DNA of 64,000 bases from Camelus ferus (Eukaryota). The notes beneath the pieces were generated by a model. That model did no database searches. It saw only the letters and a program-made list of their open reading frames with translations, and had not been told where the DNA came from. The first letter of the stretch is position 1; the number at the start of each line of letters is the position of its first letter. Below, piece after piece: positions 1 to 13,293 of this stretch. The position numbers and the translations under genes were made by a program. Location: positions 70,186,001 to 70,250,000 of the forward strand of contig NC_045696.1 of the NCBI RefSeq assembly GCF_009834535.1. Direction: 5' to 3'.

Positions 1-506
1 ATTTTTAATTTTATGAGAAATCGCCTAATCGTTTTTCATAGCTGTTGCACTGTTTTACACTGGCATCAACATTGTACAAGGATTCCAATTTCTCCACAAC
101 CTTCCCAATACTTGTTATCTTTCTAAAAAAATAATAGCCATCTTAAGAGATGTGAGGTGATATCTCACTGTGATTTTGATTTGCATTTCTCTAATAATGA
201 TGTTGGGCACCATCTTTTCATATACCTATTGGCCATTTGTATGTCTTCTTTGGAGAACTGTTCAAGTCCCTTGCGCATTCTTGACATTGGTCTTGGCAAT
301 GATTTCTTCAAATGACACCAAGAGCATAGACAACAAAAGCAAAAATAGACAAGTGGGACTACATCAAACTAAAAAGTTTCAATCAACAGAATGACAAGGC
401 AACCTACCGAATAGGAGAAAATATTTGTAAACCATGTATCTGATAAAGGGTTAATACATAATACATAAGAAACTCATACAACTCAGAGGCAAAAAATAAA
501 ATAACT
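1..506 (-). mobile_element. Old L1 fragment (ORF2 3' region) with 5' inversion: 1-279 antisense, 280-506 sense
   Basis: 1-279 is the reverse complement of L1 ORF2 3' sequence (gtgaggtgatatctcactgtgattttgatttgcatttctc). 280-506 is sense L1 (gacaagtgggactacatcaaactaaaaag...caacctaccgaataggagaaaatatttg). Confidence 0.85.
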
Positions 507-1756
507 TGTGAACTTTTTTGCTCTTCACTTTAAATTTTTTCAAAGTTACACAAAAGTAGAGATTAATATAATTTACTGCCTTTGTACCCCATAATTTCAC
601 TTCATAATTACCAACAATTTACTAATACTGATCACAACTTTTTTAAACTTGGGAAATGGCTTCAAATCCTTGAAACTGGAACAACAGTGGTTAATATAAG
701 GCTATGGTTATAAGGTGTCCAGTGACCAAAAACATTCTGAACAGATATCTACTGTATCTCTCAATCAGATTATTTGTACAGCCGAGAGAAGAAAAGTGGT
801 TGCCTGTTCCTGTGTGGTTCTGAAGGGTTCAAACCTGACACTAGTAAGTACTTCTCACTGCTTACCTTATTTGGGGAAAAAAAAACTTTCCAGGATTACT
901 TTACACACAGCAAAGATGTTCAGTATACTGTTCTATATACTCAAGCAATAGAATATTATTGGCAAACAACATATTCAACAAATTTCTGTAAAGGAGCTTA
1001 CTGTAGAATATCATTATGGAAAAGACAGACGAAAGAAATTTACCCATGTGAGATGCGTGTGCTCAAGACCAGTACAGTACTGGTACGTTCCTAGTAGGCC
1101 TGAGTGCACCACACTGACCTGTATCAATCAATATGTCTCTGTCCCAAGATTATTTTAGAACCTACAAATGGAAAGAAGACATCTCTGTTTCCTTCAATAC
1201 TAACCAAAGCCAATAGAATACACTGAAAGAACTGGATTTAAAAAAAAACAAAAACAAACCTTCCAAATAATACAGACTAACTAATAGAGAGGCAACCTCT
1301 TTGTGGAACATGTCAATGAGGTGGCCAGATCTGTTACAGAAGCTAACGTGTTCACTGTAAAGTTTGACAGCAACATCATTACTCAGTCAGTTCGCTAGGA
1401 ATCAGGATAGGTCTCTGAAGGAATTCAACAAAACAGAGTATATAAATGGTTCTAGTAACAGCCACTTAAGATGTTGGCTTAATATATAATCTGGCAAATA
1501 AAAATTAGCTGCTTCTACAGACTTGCCATTTTAGTAAGATGAACTTAGTCTGGGTTAGCATGCCTCCTCATAAGCACAGAAATATCAACTGTGCCAACAA
1601 AAATTTCTCTACGTCAGATATCATGGGAAATCACTGGGAAGATAAGTTGTATCCCCAAACTACAGAAACTGCACAGATTATTCTTAGAGGAGGCCAGTGT
1701 TATTGTGGGGACAGAATTTGGAAGGTAGGGAGAGGGGGCCATGAAAAATGAACGTC

Positions 1757-1971
1757 CTAGAGCAACACTTCCTGAGAATTTCCTGTAATGATGGAAATGT
1801 TCTATAATTTTCACTGTCTCTTACAGTAGCCACATGTGGCAACTTAGCATTTGAAATGTGCGTTTATAACTGAGGAACTGAATTTTAAATTTTATTTAAT
1901 TTTAATGAATTTAAATTGAAAAATAGTCACATATGGCTGGTGGCTACTGAACGGAACACTGCAACTCTAGA
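1757..1971. mobile_element. MER3-like hAT-Charlie MITE
   Basis: Recalled motifs tgtaatgatggaaatgttctata, gtagccacatgtggc, actgaggaactgaattttaaattttatttaa, atggctggtggctac. Confidence 0.75.
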
Positions 1972-2429
1972 GATATTAAACCAAGTCCCATCATCACAAG
2001 TAACTTTTCATCTCAGCATGTGGGATACTATGTATGGAGGACTGCAAAACCATTATCAAAGTGCGTAAGCTCTTTCACAAACCAAATGAAACGCTTCAAA
2101 TTTCAATAATGACCAGAAGATGACTATGGTCTCCTTTCTCAAGAAAATATTAAAAACTCATTATCAGGAAAAAATTTAAGAAGTTTAGGTACAATATTCT
2201 GCTATATAAATATGAGCAACTCTAGAGTTGGATTTTTTCTTCAGAAAAAAAATTTTTTTTTTTAAGGAAAATGACTCATTTAAACCAGAATCTAAGAGAA
2301 GTCCAAAGTAGTATAACCCAGTGGCAATTTTTGTCATAAATACCAGGAAAAAGAAAGAGTATAATGACCTCAATGCTAATGCATGAAGCTTCAGATTTCC
2401 TTCACAGGTAACCAGCATGGTTCAAAGCT

Positions 2430-3000
2430 AGTAAAGAGATCTGGGTTCAAATCCTCACTCTGTCGTTTATTAGTTAATGTAAGTTCAGATAAACCTGAGT
2501 GTCAGTTTCTCATTATTAAAGTGCAGATGAAATGTACAGTGTGGGGAATATAGTTATTAATAATGCAATATCTTTGTATGGTGATGAAGGTGGTCAAAAG
2601 GTACAAACTTCCAGTTATGTGATAAATAGGTGCTAAGGATAAAATGGACAACATGATTACTATAATTAGCACTGCTGTATGTTACAGATGAAAGTTGTTA
2701 AGGGAGTAAATCCTAAGAGATCTAATCACAAGGAAGGAAAAATATTTGTCTTTTTTTTCCTTTTCTATGTATATAAAATGATAGATGTTAACTTAACTTA
2801 TTGTAGTAATTTCGTGATGTATGTGAGTCAAATCACCTCAAACTCATACAGTGTTGTATGTCAATTATATCTCAATAAAGCTGGAAGAAAAATAAAGTGG
2901 GGATAATAATAGGCTTTGCCTATTATGTGAAAGTTAAATAACACATGTAAACACCTCAGCAGAGTACCTGCATATACAAGGTACTCAGTGAATGACACTG
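2430..3000. mobile_element. MIR interrupted by an L1 3'-end fragment (~2530-2895, +)
   Basis: MIR motifs ctgggttcaaatcc, tcagtttctcat, aaggtactcagtgaatg flank an L1M-type 3'UTR (aaaggtacaaacttccagttat...tcaattatatctcaataaagctgg). Confidence 0.7.
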
Positions 3001-4904
3001 GTAATTGTTTTTGTTTTATGATCGTTTTAATTTAAATACCATGGGCCCTTCTACTCTCTTAACAAAGGAAATTTCAGTAACTATGTAGATTCAGGAATAA
3101 AAGACACAGAAAAGAATAAACAAAATAAAGCTTTATTTTGCTTATGATAAAGCTTGAACAGACTTTTGCTGGACATTTTAAAAAGATGTACTAGTGACAC
3201 ATCTTCCAAAGAAAAGCCTATCCAAATCATTTTCCTTTGGGAGGCTGGGGAATACTCTCTGAGGTCCTGAATTCAGGTGAGAGGGGGAAAACTGTCACGA
3301 AGTTAAGCGAAGGTGAACAAAAATTCTCTTTATCAAAAAAAAAAAAAAAAAAACCCAACTAAATTTTTCTACAGAAAGATGTAGTTTGTATGAACTAATA
3401 CATTAAACAATGTGTCTAATAGGTGAGGACACTAGTCAGAATTCTCCACTGCCATACCAGAACTCTGACCCTAACTTTCCCTGTTTTCAAAGTCTATGGC
3501 TCCTCAAACAAGTTTCAATATTCAAAGACCTCAGCCAACTATTACTTCAACTTTGTTGTTGTTGTTATCTAGCTGTAATTAAATGTTTATCTGAGAAAAT
3601 AATATTTAAGAAACATCTAGGGAAAAACATATAAGTATTACTAAAATCTGTCCTTGCAACAAGGGAGATCATCAGAAAGCTACATGCTACCTAAATATCA
3701 TTAGCCTGGTACTCCTTAGCAGAAGCATTATTACTGAGTTACACTTCTATGTTATGGCCTTAATTTCATCAAGAACTATTATAAGGAACAGTCATACCGC
3801 CTTTACATTCTCTATTATCTTGCATGACGTCTCACATGTAATAAATTCACATGAGGAATTGGTTTTAGAACTCAGGACCAGGGGAAAGTTTTCTGTTCTT
3901 AAAGAATTATTAGGCATCTACCTTTTAGATGACAGCAGTGTAATCCACTGAAATGCCATTTTTTTTTTTTTTTTTTGTCCTTGGTGGGAAGCTCAGAGCC
4001 AACTTTATGCTCAAATCTATCAATCTATCTGTATCTATATACAGTTTATTTTAGCTTTTCATGGTTTTCATTTTTGTTTTATCTTCCTTGTTTGGGGTTT
4101 GATTTTCCCTTTGTTAACCTTGCTATATATATATATATATTTCGTGATAAGCACTTCAAATCTTTTTAGAAAAGGTAGACTACAAATAAAAAATTTATAC
4201 TAAATACATATCTATTAACTTTTAAAAAGATGAAAGCCTCATGTTAAATTCTACAATCATCTATCTTTATGATAAAAACCCTAAAAATACATGTAATTAT
4301 GGCAAACTTTGAAGAATATTGTGAGTTAAGTGGATTTGAAGTCTAATATTTTTTAATCAAAGGATAATAAAACATCTAGTTAACTGGAGAAAAGTAATTG
4401 CTTAGAGAGTTTATATGCTTTTTAGAAGTAAATCTTAACAGCTTAATGAAGTTTTAATGTATTATCCCTTGTTGAAAGGATGATTACAAACAAGGGATGT
4501 AAGAATTCTCTGATTGATAATGAAAATGCACTAAAATTAAATCAAAAGCAAATGGATTTCTCAATAAAATATTTAACATCCCTGAAATACACCACTCCAT
4601 AACATACACATTCTGGCAAGTTACATAAACCAAACCATTGTGGGACTAAAAATAATATCTTCAGTAATAAAGGCACTTTACATATTGAAAGAGTAAAAAA
4701 TGCTTTATATATTGTTTTATTCATCCATATAGAATTCGTAGTACTTTCTGAGAGGTCATGTAAAAAAGTTAACCATTTAACTTCTATTCTTCTGATTCCA
4801 TTTTCATTTCCCCCTTCTTTAGCAAGATACAAGTTGGCATTTCCACTTTAGCCTCATAATGCATGTAACACAATTGAAGATCAAAACATAGAAATAGTGA
4901 AAAA

Positions 4905-5437
4905 TTGCCATTATTTTAAGTCTAGCCCTGCATCTTCTTCATTTGAGAAAACCATCTCTCCTCCACTCTCAGTGCAAGTGGTTCAGATGAAGCCAACCCC
5001 ACCTGAGGGTAGGGCTTCAAGAGTGAACATGTAGCACAAAGCTGGCCAACTCACCTGGTGGGTCATAATGATCAGTGAAAAGACAGACACATGATCTCAG
5101 CCAGCCAATGAGAATCATCCATGTTCTCATGATGTTTGCTACAACTATTGGGGAGAAGGCATATCTGTTTAACTGGGACATGAGCTATAAGGTATGTAGA
5201 GAACTGTCATCTTTGTCCATAGATAGGGCAGAGGAAAGCAGATATGAGAGATAAAGGATTCCTGACAAAAGTAACTGAGCATCTAACTTCAGTCCTGTCT
5301 AAAGCTAGTTACTCTGCTAGATCTCTCAATTACATAAACCAATTAATCCATTCCCTCCCCATCCTTTTTTGGGGGGCCTAAACCAGTTTGATGTAAGTTT
5401 TTTGTCACTGGTAGCCAAAAGAGTTCTTATTAATACA
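4905..5437 (+). mobile_element. MLT1-family (ERVL-MaLR) solo LTR, old
   Basis: MLT1-like interior (ccagccaatgagaatc) and end (aaaccagtttgatgtaagttttttgtcactggtagccaaaagagttcttattaataca). Confidence 0.6.
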
Positions 5438-5689
5438 ATGTCATTAATTGATTCTCTTCTGTCATACTCAAGACACCCCAATATCAGATTCCCTGAACTA
5501 TGAGAGTCCCTTTTTTGACATTAATACTGCCAACACTTCACTAGATTAACTTTCAAATTCTGTTTTCTCACTCTCACATAGTATTTGTACTTCATTATTG
5601 TCTTTGTCACGTTCAACATTTTTAAGACCCAACATTTCTTCTCAATAGCAAGCTCTATCTTTGATATTTTAAAGTCAGTGACTTTTATC

Positions 5690-5975
5690 AACTTTACTAT
5701 ATGTCAAGTATTGTGCTAAGAGCCCTATATAAATATCTCATTTAATTAATACAATTTTGAGTAGGTATTTTAATCTCCATTTTAAGAGGAGGAATGTGAA
5801 ACATAGGAAGGCTAAATAATTTGAAGTCACAAAGCCAGTTTGAAAAAAAAAGGGCATATGATTGAACTGTTATGCTGTACACCAGAAATTTACACGACAT
5901 TGTAAACTGACTATATTTCAATTAAAAGAAAAAAGGGCAGCAGTTTCCAGAACCTATGCTCTCATTATACTAGTC
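5690..5975. mobile_element. MIR containing a 72-bp L1 3'-terminal insertion (5857-5928)
   Basis: MIR core (ctccattttaagaggaggaatgtgaaacatagg). Insert tgctgtacaccagaaatttacacgacattgtaaactgactata is flanked by TSD aaaaaagggca (5846-5856 / 5929-5939). Confidence 0.75.
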
Positions 5976-6644
5976 TGCCTATAAGAGAAAAATAACTGGG
6001 AGTCTCACACAAGAAGCATCCAAACAATTGGATATGTTTTCTGGGGAATATGTATAATTACCCATTTAAAAAGTTACTGAAGAAGTCCATTTGAAGGGTA
6101 TGACCCACAGGCCTGTGAATAATCCACAGGCCTGGCAGCCTGATCTGTGATAGTGGTAAGGATAGTAACAGGCAAATGAAAAGCAATCTGTTAGAAATTA
6201 TTTCATGAAGTAGATTGTTCAGGACCACCTAGGCAGACTATATGCAGAGAGCTCCAGGAAAAAAAGAGATACCTGAAATATTTATTTTTGATAGACCCAG
6301 ATATTTGATATATTTGTTTTAAAGAATCAAAGTTGTTGTTGTTGGGAAAATAAGAATTTAACAGAACACATTATCCATAAATTACACAGTTAGACCTGTT
6401 TTAATGATTTTGACTCAGTATGGCAAGAGGTAATTTTTTAAGTGCTTGGGGCCATAAAGATCTAACACGTAATAATCTCATAAATTTACGGAACAAAGGT
6501 TATTTTCTCCTAAGAAGGCGATACTCCAGATGCACCACCAGAAAGAATACACTGAGAACTAGAGGTAGGGTGTCAGGAAGACAACCACTGCAGTGAAAGA
6601 ACTGTTGTTCGATCTTTCCTTCAACAGAAGCTATTAAAACATAG

Positions 6645-7290
6645 CCAGTTTCTTAAAATGTTAAACATACACCTACCATATGATATAGTTATTCCACTCC
6701 TAGGTAATTTACCCCAAGTGAATGAAAGTCCATATGAAAATTTATACACAAATCTTTATAGCAGTTTGATCAGTAATAGTCCCAAAACGAAAACAACATA
6801 AATGTCCATCAACAAGTGAATGAACAAACAGTGGTAAATCCACACAGTGATAAAAAGATATGTACTATTGATACATGCTACAACACAGATGAATCTAAAA
6901 GTAATCATATTGTATGAAAGAAACCAGATAGCTCAGTGTAGAGTGCATGCTTAGCATGGCTGAGGGCCTGGGTTCAATCTCCAGTACCTCCATTAAACAA
7001 ACAAACAAAAAAGACTATATACTTTATGAATGTATATATAGATAATACTAGGAAATGCAAACTAAAGTACTGTGACAGAAAACAAAATTATGCCAGGTAA
7101 AGGGGAAGGTGGCACAGAAGGAAGACAAAGGGGCCTGAGGAAGCCTCTGGGGGTGCCACATGTGTTCATTATCTTGATTGTGGTGACAGGCTCATGGGTG
7201 TATCCTTATGTCAAAATGCATCAAACTGTACTCTTTAAACATGTGCAACTCATTGTATGTCAATTTTACCTCAATAAAGCTGTTAAGAAA
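6645..7290 (+). mobile_element. Old L1 (L1MB/MC-type) 3' end
   Basis: ttaaacatacacctaccatatga, attccactcctaggta, aaatgtccatcaacaagtgaatg, ...caattttacctcaataaagctg. Confidence 0.8.
6928..7012 (+). mobile_element. tRNA-Ala-derived SINE (Vic-1-like), 5'-truncated
   Basis: atagctcagtgtagagtgcatgcttagcatggctgagggcctgggttcaatctccagtacctcc followed by an A-rich tail. Confidence 0.85.
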
Positions 7291-7567
7291 ATTGTTTTAA
7301 GAATATACAAACACATACAAGATTGCATTAATCTTTAAATTATTGCACACTTTTTGATATTTTTAAGGTAAAGAGTAAGTAATACAAGTAATAATTTTCA
7401 GTATGAGAATAAGAAAAACAAATGCATTTACATCCCTAAATATTTAGTATCTGTGTAATATGCCTTTTTTCCACTTTAAGGTGAACAAATATTTGCTAGA
7501 TTCAAAAGGATGACAGAAAATACATTCTTTAACAGACTCACATGATATATAAAGGGGTTTTTGAGAA

Positions 7568-7802
7568 AGTATTTTTCAAACTGCAGTTGCAACCCATTAG
7601 TGGACTGTAAGATTAATTTAGTGGGCCATGACCATCATTTTAAAAATGAGATTAAATAGAACAGAATAGAAAATATTATATCCCATGTGCTGAAGTTAAG
7701 TATATTGTTTCAGGAAACTTGTTATATGTGTGTGTGTAATGGGATACTATGAAAGTTATATTTCTTACTATGAGTTGTGGTACAAAAAGTTTAAAAATTA
7801 CT
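7568..7802 (+). mobile_element. hAT-Charlie MITE (Charlie15a-like)
   Basis: ttttcaaactgcagttgcaacccattagtgg...aatttagtgggccatgacc, with degenerate terminal inverted repeats. Confidence 0.55.
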
Positions 7803-9848
7803 ATTCTATAATAGACACATATAACACATACCTGTTTCTTCTTATTATTTATATCCCATATTATACACCATGCCTTTTGTGCTAAAATATCTTTTTTATG
7901 TTGTTTCTCTTTTAGAGGTTTGGATATCTAAATTCCAGAAATAATAACTGTGAATAAGTCTGGTCCTAGACATTCTTTGTAAACAATCTTGTACTTCATT
8001 TTACAATTTACAAAATATTTTAAAGTAAGGTAGGTGTTATTCTTATTGTATATGTGAGAAAATTAAGGTTCAGGAAGATTGGTTCATCTAATCTAGATCT
8101 ATCTAAACTCTGTAACCTACTGACATTTACTTTTAAATTCTACCTACTACCTCTTGCCCCTCCTCCATTAAAGATTTGTCTACCACTCTAATAACTAAAA
8201 TTTAAAGTGAATTTAAAAAGTGACAATGCAAAGATGAAAAAGCTTTAGTATCAAGGAGCTTTGGTAAGATGAATACCAACACAAAATGATGAAAGTGCTG
8301 AATTAGGCAGGAATACTTTACTTGATTTTGGAGAACAATACTGAAAGGAAGTTAACTGACATTTGAGGGTAGGAATATTCTTCCAGGCATAGGACTTTCC
8401 CACATGATGCAAAATGTTTAGAACCTCCCCTCCACCATGCCTGTAATAGCCCCAGTCTTTGCCAGAGCTAAAAACAAGTCCCCCACGTATTTGTCTCCGT
8501 AGGCACTAGTGGGTCGGGCCTGACTCAAATGTTTGAGACCTACAGGTCAGGCTAGAGTGGTGCTCTCTGCTGCCCTCTGTTGACACAGAAAAGTAAGATC
8601 AAGTCCTTAGCTGAAAAAAATGTGTCCTGTCCCTTAGAGAAAAATGTCCCAAGAACGAAGATGGGTGGCATTGAGGCTCAGTGAGAGCCCTGGGAATGTG
8701 GGGTGAGGCTGAATAAAGGCTGGGAGCCACTCTTCCTGGTCCAGACTACATCTAGGACTTGCTGTTTGCTTGTCTTTGGCAAGTTGGATGTTTGTAAAGG
8801 GAATAAAGGCTTGTCTTATACAAACACACCCTGTCCTTATGCAGTAGTTTGCTCAGGGCTTGAACTAAGCCTCTTCCCTTTCTGATAGAATGATCATTTT
8901 GGGCTGGGTGGTTACAATCAGTTATCAAAGGAGATAAACTTGAAAGGGAAGGATTTGGGAAAACTGGATATGCGAGAATAGGACAATTCTTCCAAGATAG
9001 TTCAGATCAAATCTAAACAGGTAAGGTACATACTAGTGCTTTTCATCTCCACACTGGATTATAGTGTGTAAGTGCAGCAGTGAAGGAACTGGAAGTCAGA
9101 GTAGAGAAGATGTTAACACAGAGTCAGTCAAATGTGGCTTGTTTTTAAAATGAGCCTTACACAACTATCCATAAATAAGATCACACTGTGTAGACTCACA
9201 CTTAGCACTGAAGTCACTTCTTTATTACGAACACTAACGAAGGGAACAGAGAGGACAGAACCCAAAAATATTTCAGAGAAAGATCTGTTTCAAAGTTTCT
9301 CATAAATATAACTATATGTGATGTCCAGGGAATACACTTAAAACCAAATGATGAAGTCACTCTGGAAAGCTCTTGGTTTTCCATTACATGTAATCATGCT
9401 ACCCCAAAAAGACAGAAGCTGCTACTAGTAGCAACCTGCCCCCAATCAATCAATCAACCTATATCTATAATATATATTTTAAAATTTTACTACTTCATAG
9501 GTTCCAATATAGTCTCCTGAACTAGGTTTAGGTTTAAAGTTTTACATGTAACATTCACTACGCAAGCAGTAAGTAGATGGAGCAGGGTAATGGTAGGGAG
9601 GGGACGTTGGACATACTGCTTACTTACATGCTCTGGAAAATCAATATATAAATAACATATACATCTTTTTATTGAATGCCATCTATATTCAAGATACCTT
9701 GACATGTGCTGTGAGGTATACATATAAGGATAAGTCGCAGATCCTGATCTTAGCCTATTTCACTAGATAAGATAGAAAAACAATAAACAGTGAAATAAAA
9801 AAAATTACAGTTGCTTAAAAACATAATAGAAGGCATAGTGGTGGAAAC

Positions 9849-10320
9849 TGTACCACAGTATACAATCTCCTCCCTTTCCTTTCCATTACAGAACCCCCTC
9901 CTCCACCTCCACTCTTAAAGTTTTAGGTGGACATACATGTCACGCTGGTAAAGACTTCTCTATTCTCCTGGCTATAGATGTGACCACAGGACTAAATTCT
10001 AGCCAATGGGATTTGAACAGAAGTATGTTTGTAACTTCCAGGTCTTCTTGGAGATGAAGCTGCTCGTCCTGGACTCTCTCATGTCCCATGTGAATGAGCT
10101 TCTACCGTGCAGATGATAGTACCCCAGGCAATGGCAGAGCAACAAAACAGAAGTAGCCTTGGGCTTTGAATGTTCTGGTGAATCAGTTATCCATCTGTCT
10201 TGGGGTACCTGACTACTCTAGGATGGTTAATGAGGACCAAAATAACATTATTCCCTTTTTGAGCCACCAAAAATTTTTTGAGACTGTTACTGCTGCTTAG
10301 TCTGTATCCCAACTAATACA
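9849..10320 (+). mobile_element. MLT1-family solo LTR
   Basis: gatgtgaccacaggactaaattctagccaatgggatttgaacagaagt; ends aactaataca. Confidence 0.65.
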
Positions 10321-12779
10321 TCCTGTTACCAGGTGGTATATGGTTACTTCTTAAATGAGATAAATAAGCAATGATTGTTTGATACAATCATTGAAATACT
10401 GACTCAGAGAATCAAGAAGCTGGGAAAAACCTTAAAACTACTACTCTGTCCTCCTTTTTTCACATATGAAGCAACTGTGGCTCAGAGATTTGTCCAGGGT
10501 CTTAGAACTTGTAGCAGAACCAGGAACTGATTCTGGAGCTCCTGAATGTTGTTCGCATTTTTTGTGGGATAACAGTGACCACTAATGGCCTATTTTTCTT
10601 GGACAGTCAGTTAAGATTCTTTCAGTACTCCTGGGACATAGAATACTGTCTTTGGTTCTAAAGAAAGGTCAACAAGAATTTTAAAAATCACGTTTTGTTT
10701 CAAAGGTATCTGCAATCTACCGCAAGAGAAAATACTACCTTAACTAAAACAAGGACAAACAAGCAAGATCCAACAAGATACAAATGTAAATGTTCGTGAA
10801 AGTATTATAGAAGCAGTCCATCTCCTGATAACAAGTGCTTTGGAAGTACAGAAAATATGATTCAAGAATACTTGAATCACTTAAGTACTCTATTGGAACC
10901 TAATTCAACATGCAAGGGGCTGGGAATGTATTTTCAAGTCTCATGAAATTCTTCTCTTCTCTTAGCCTGCAAAATTTTAATGCTTTAATCTTTTAAAAAC
11001 CAGCTGTGAAGGCTGGGGAATCTCTTCTCTGTTGGCTAGCCAACAATAGCCCTTCTTCACCAGAAACCTTCTCCTCTAAGCTGTATTCTTGCTGAGGAGG
11101 ATGAGTTAATGCACACTTCACTGTAAACACACAGCTTGCTGTTGAGCACAGGAAGGGGCAGTTTTAGGGAGATATGAAAGGAAGAAAGAGGAGAGGGTCA
11201 CTAAGAAGAGTTAACTTCATTTATAATAGGTCAATAAAAACTTGCTGAGTGCTCAGTATGTACTTGTGTTGAGCTGAGATCTTGCTGATAAACACATAGT
11301 CCCTGCCCTAAAGAGCCTTGCAGTCTAGAACTGGCAACTTTCCTTTGTTAATATATGTTTACACAGAGAATTTAATCTGGAGTGGAATAAAGGGCATAAG
11401 AATGTTTAACCTTCCCAAATCTTAATCGATGGAGCAGGAAAACCCACTCTAGGCCACCTTCATTTTGTCCCTGAATTCCAATTTGTTCTTCTTCATTTTG
11501 AGGTGATCTTAAGAAAGGAAGCCATTGCTTACAGTTCCTTATTTTCCCTACGGTTTCTGGTTGCTTCTAGTTCAGAACAACCTGGTCTCTTTGCCATCAA
11601 AAATCATCATGAGCTTTAAACTGACCAGAGTAGCAAGTGTCCCTCTTCCCACCTCAACACCCACAACCATGAGGCCTATCTTACAGCCACCCCTCCTGGC
11701 CTACAGGACAAAATACCACCTGTCATTTCAGTTTGGGAACAAAAGCAGGCATGTCCCCAGATGCCCTGTGGTGGGGTTGCTTGCCCCTTCATGAACGGAC
11801 TACAGACAATGCTTAACCAACTATGGGGGGGGTGTTATGATCTAAAGACATTCACTGCAAATACTCTTGAGACCCCGACTAGCCCTCAATTTTAAAATTA
11901 GCAAAATGAAGCCCCACTGAAGAGCACTCAAAATGGAAGCGGTGGCCTAAAAAGGCCACATTTTCTTTGCATATATTTTTAGTCTGTTAAATTACTCAAG
12001 GCTGTGTATTAAATGGTCATCATTCAAAAGGCCACTCCTCTAGAAAGGAGGCTGGTTGTCTCAAAGTGGCTTTCACTGTAAATATAAATAGAGGTGGTGG
12101 TGGTGGGAGTAAGAGTCCCCAGAATAGGAGAACATGCTATAACAAGTAAACCCTGCAACACTGAAAAGTGCATTTTCCCAAAAAGAGTATATGTTGGAGC
12201 TTACTTCTTAACTGGGCTGTGAAATACTTACAGACCTCACCCTGAATTTACATTTCGGGAGTAGCTTCCATCACAAAGCTCTTCACCTTTAGGGCAAGTT
12301 CCTTTATATTGTCCCTTATAAATGCCTGATTACATTTTGAACCAAATCAAATGCTTTCTGTTGCTGCCACCTACTGAAAACTTGAAAAATGTTTGAAAAA
12401 CTTAAAAGAGAAAATCCAACACAATATATTACTGAAGAATAATTTACAAGTCAGACAAGTAGAGTGAGATCAATGTTATTATGCTTTACTTCTAATTAAA
12501 CTACTAAATTATTCCAGAACCCTGAATGATGATCAATAAGATAATGCTGCATAAAGAAATACTCAATAAGATACACAGAACAGTATTAAGTAACTTTTTA
12601 TGCTTGACAGATACACACACACGTGTATATATACTTATGTACGTATACCACATATATGTATGTCAGTTTTTTCCTCATCTATCTTCTATGCAAAAAGTAG
12701 TGTATCCTCTGTGTTGAGAAAAACCCAATTCAAAGCACAAAATACACTGTTACTAATTTGAACAGTTGTGAATTCAAAA

Positions 12780-13278
12780 ATTATCAGCATAAACATACAA
12801 ATAAGACAAGGGGCAGAGGAAAAAGTTCACAAACAGGCAATTCACCAAAAATGATATGCAAGGGACAATAAAAAATGTGCAACTTCAGTATCAAAGAAAT
12901 GCAAATTAAATCAAAAGGAGATCCAGTTTCTCCTTTCAAAGTGGCTAAGATTGCTTTTTTATGGTAATATACTGTTTAGGGAAGGGTGTGGGAAAACAGA
13001 CACTGCTGATGATTAAATACTTGTTACAACTTTTTTGAAGTACAGTTATTTGGTAGCAGATATCACTAGGCTTAAAATGTATTCTTTGATCCAAAATTCA
13101 ACTTCAAGGAATTTATTTTAAGCAAATAATCAGGAATTTGCAAAAAGGGTCTAGCTATGAAGATTTCATCACATAATTATTTAAAACATAAACCACTGGG
13201 AACAATAAAATAACTCTAAAGGAAAGTTTTGTTAAGTAAAGCATGGTTAAACTATACAATGGAGTATTTAAAACCTTT
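12780..13278 (+). mobile_element. Ancient L1ME-type fragment, 5' part (appears to resume at ~20580-20800)
   Basis: aaacaggcaattcacc, tcaaagaaatgcaaattaaa, ttgatccaaaattcaacttc, ctatacaatggagtatt. Downstream part contains attaaccattgttatttctggatgtagggatag. Confidence 0.65.
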
Positions 13279-13293
13279 ATAAACTGCATATCA

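Noticed and set aside
782..843. Plus-strand exon-like segment (tacag|...|gtaagt)
   Set aside because: No recognisable peptide and no partner exons.
8889..9020. Plus-strand exon-like segment with strong donor cag|gtaagg
   Set aside because: Stops in all three frames and no other support.
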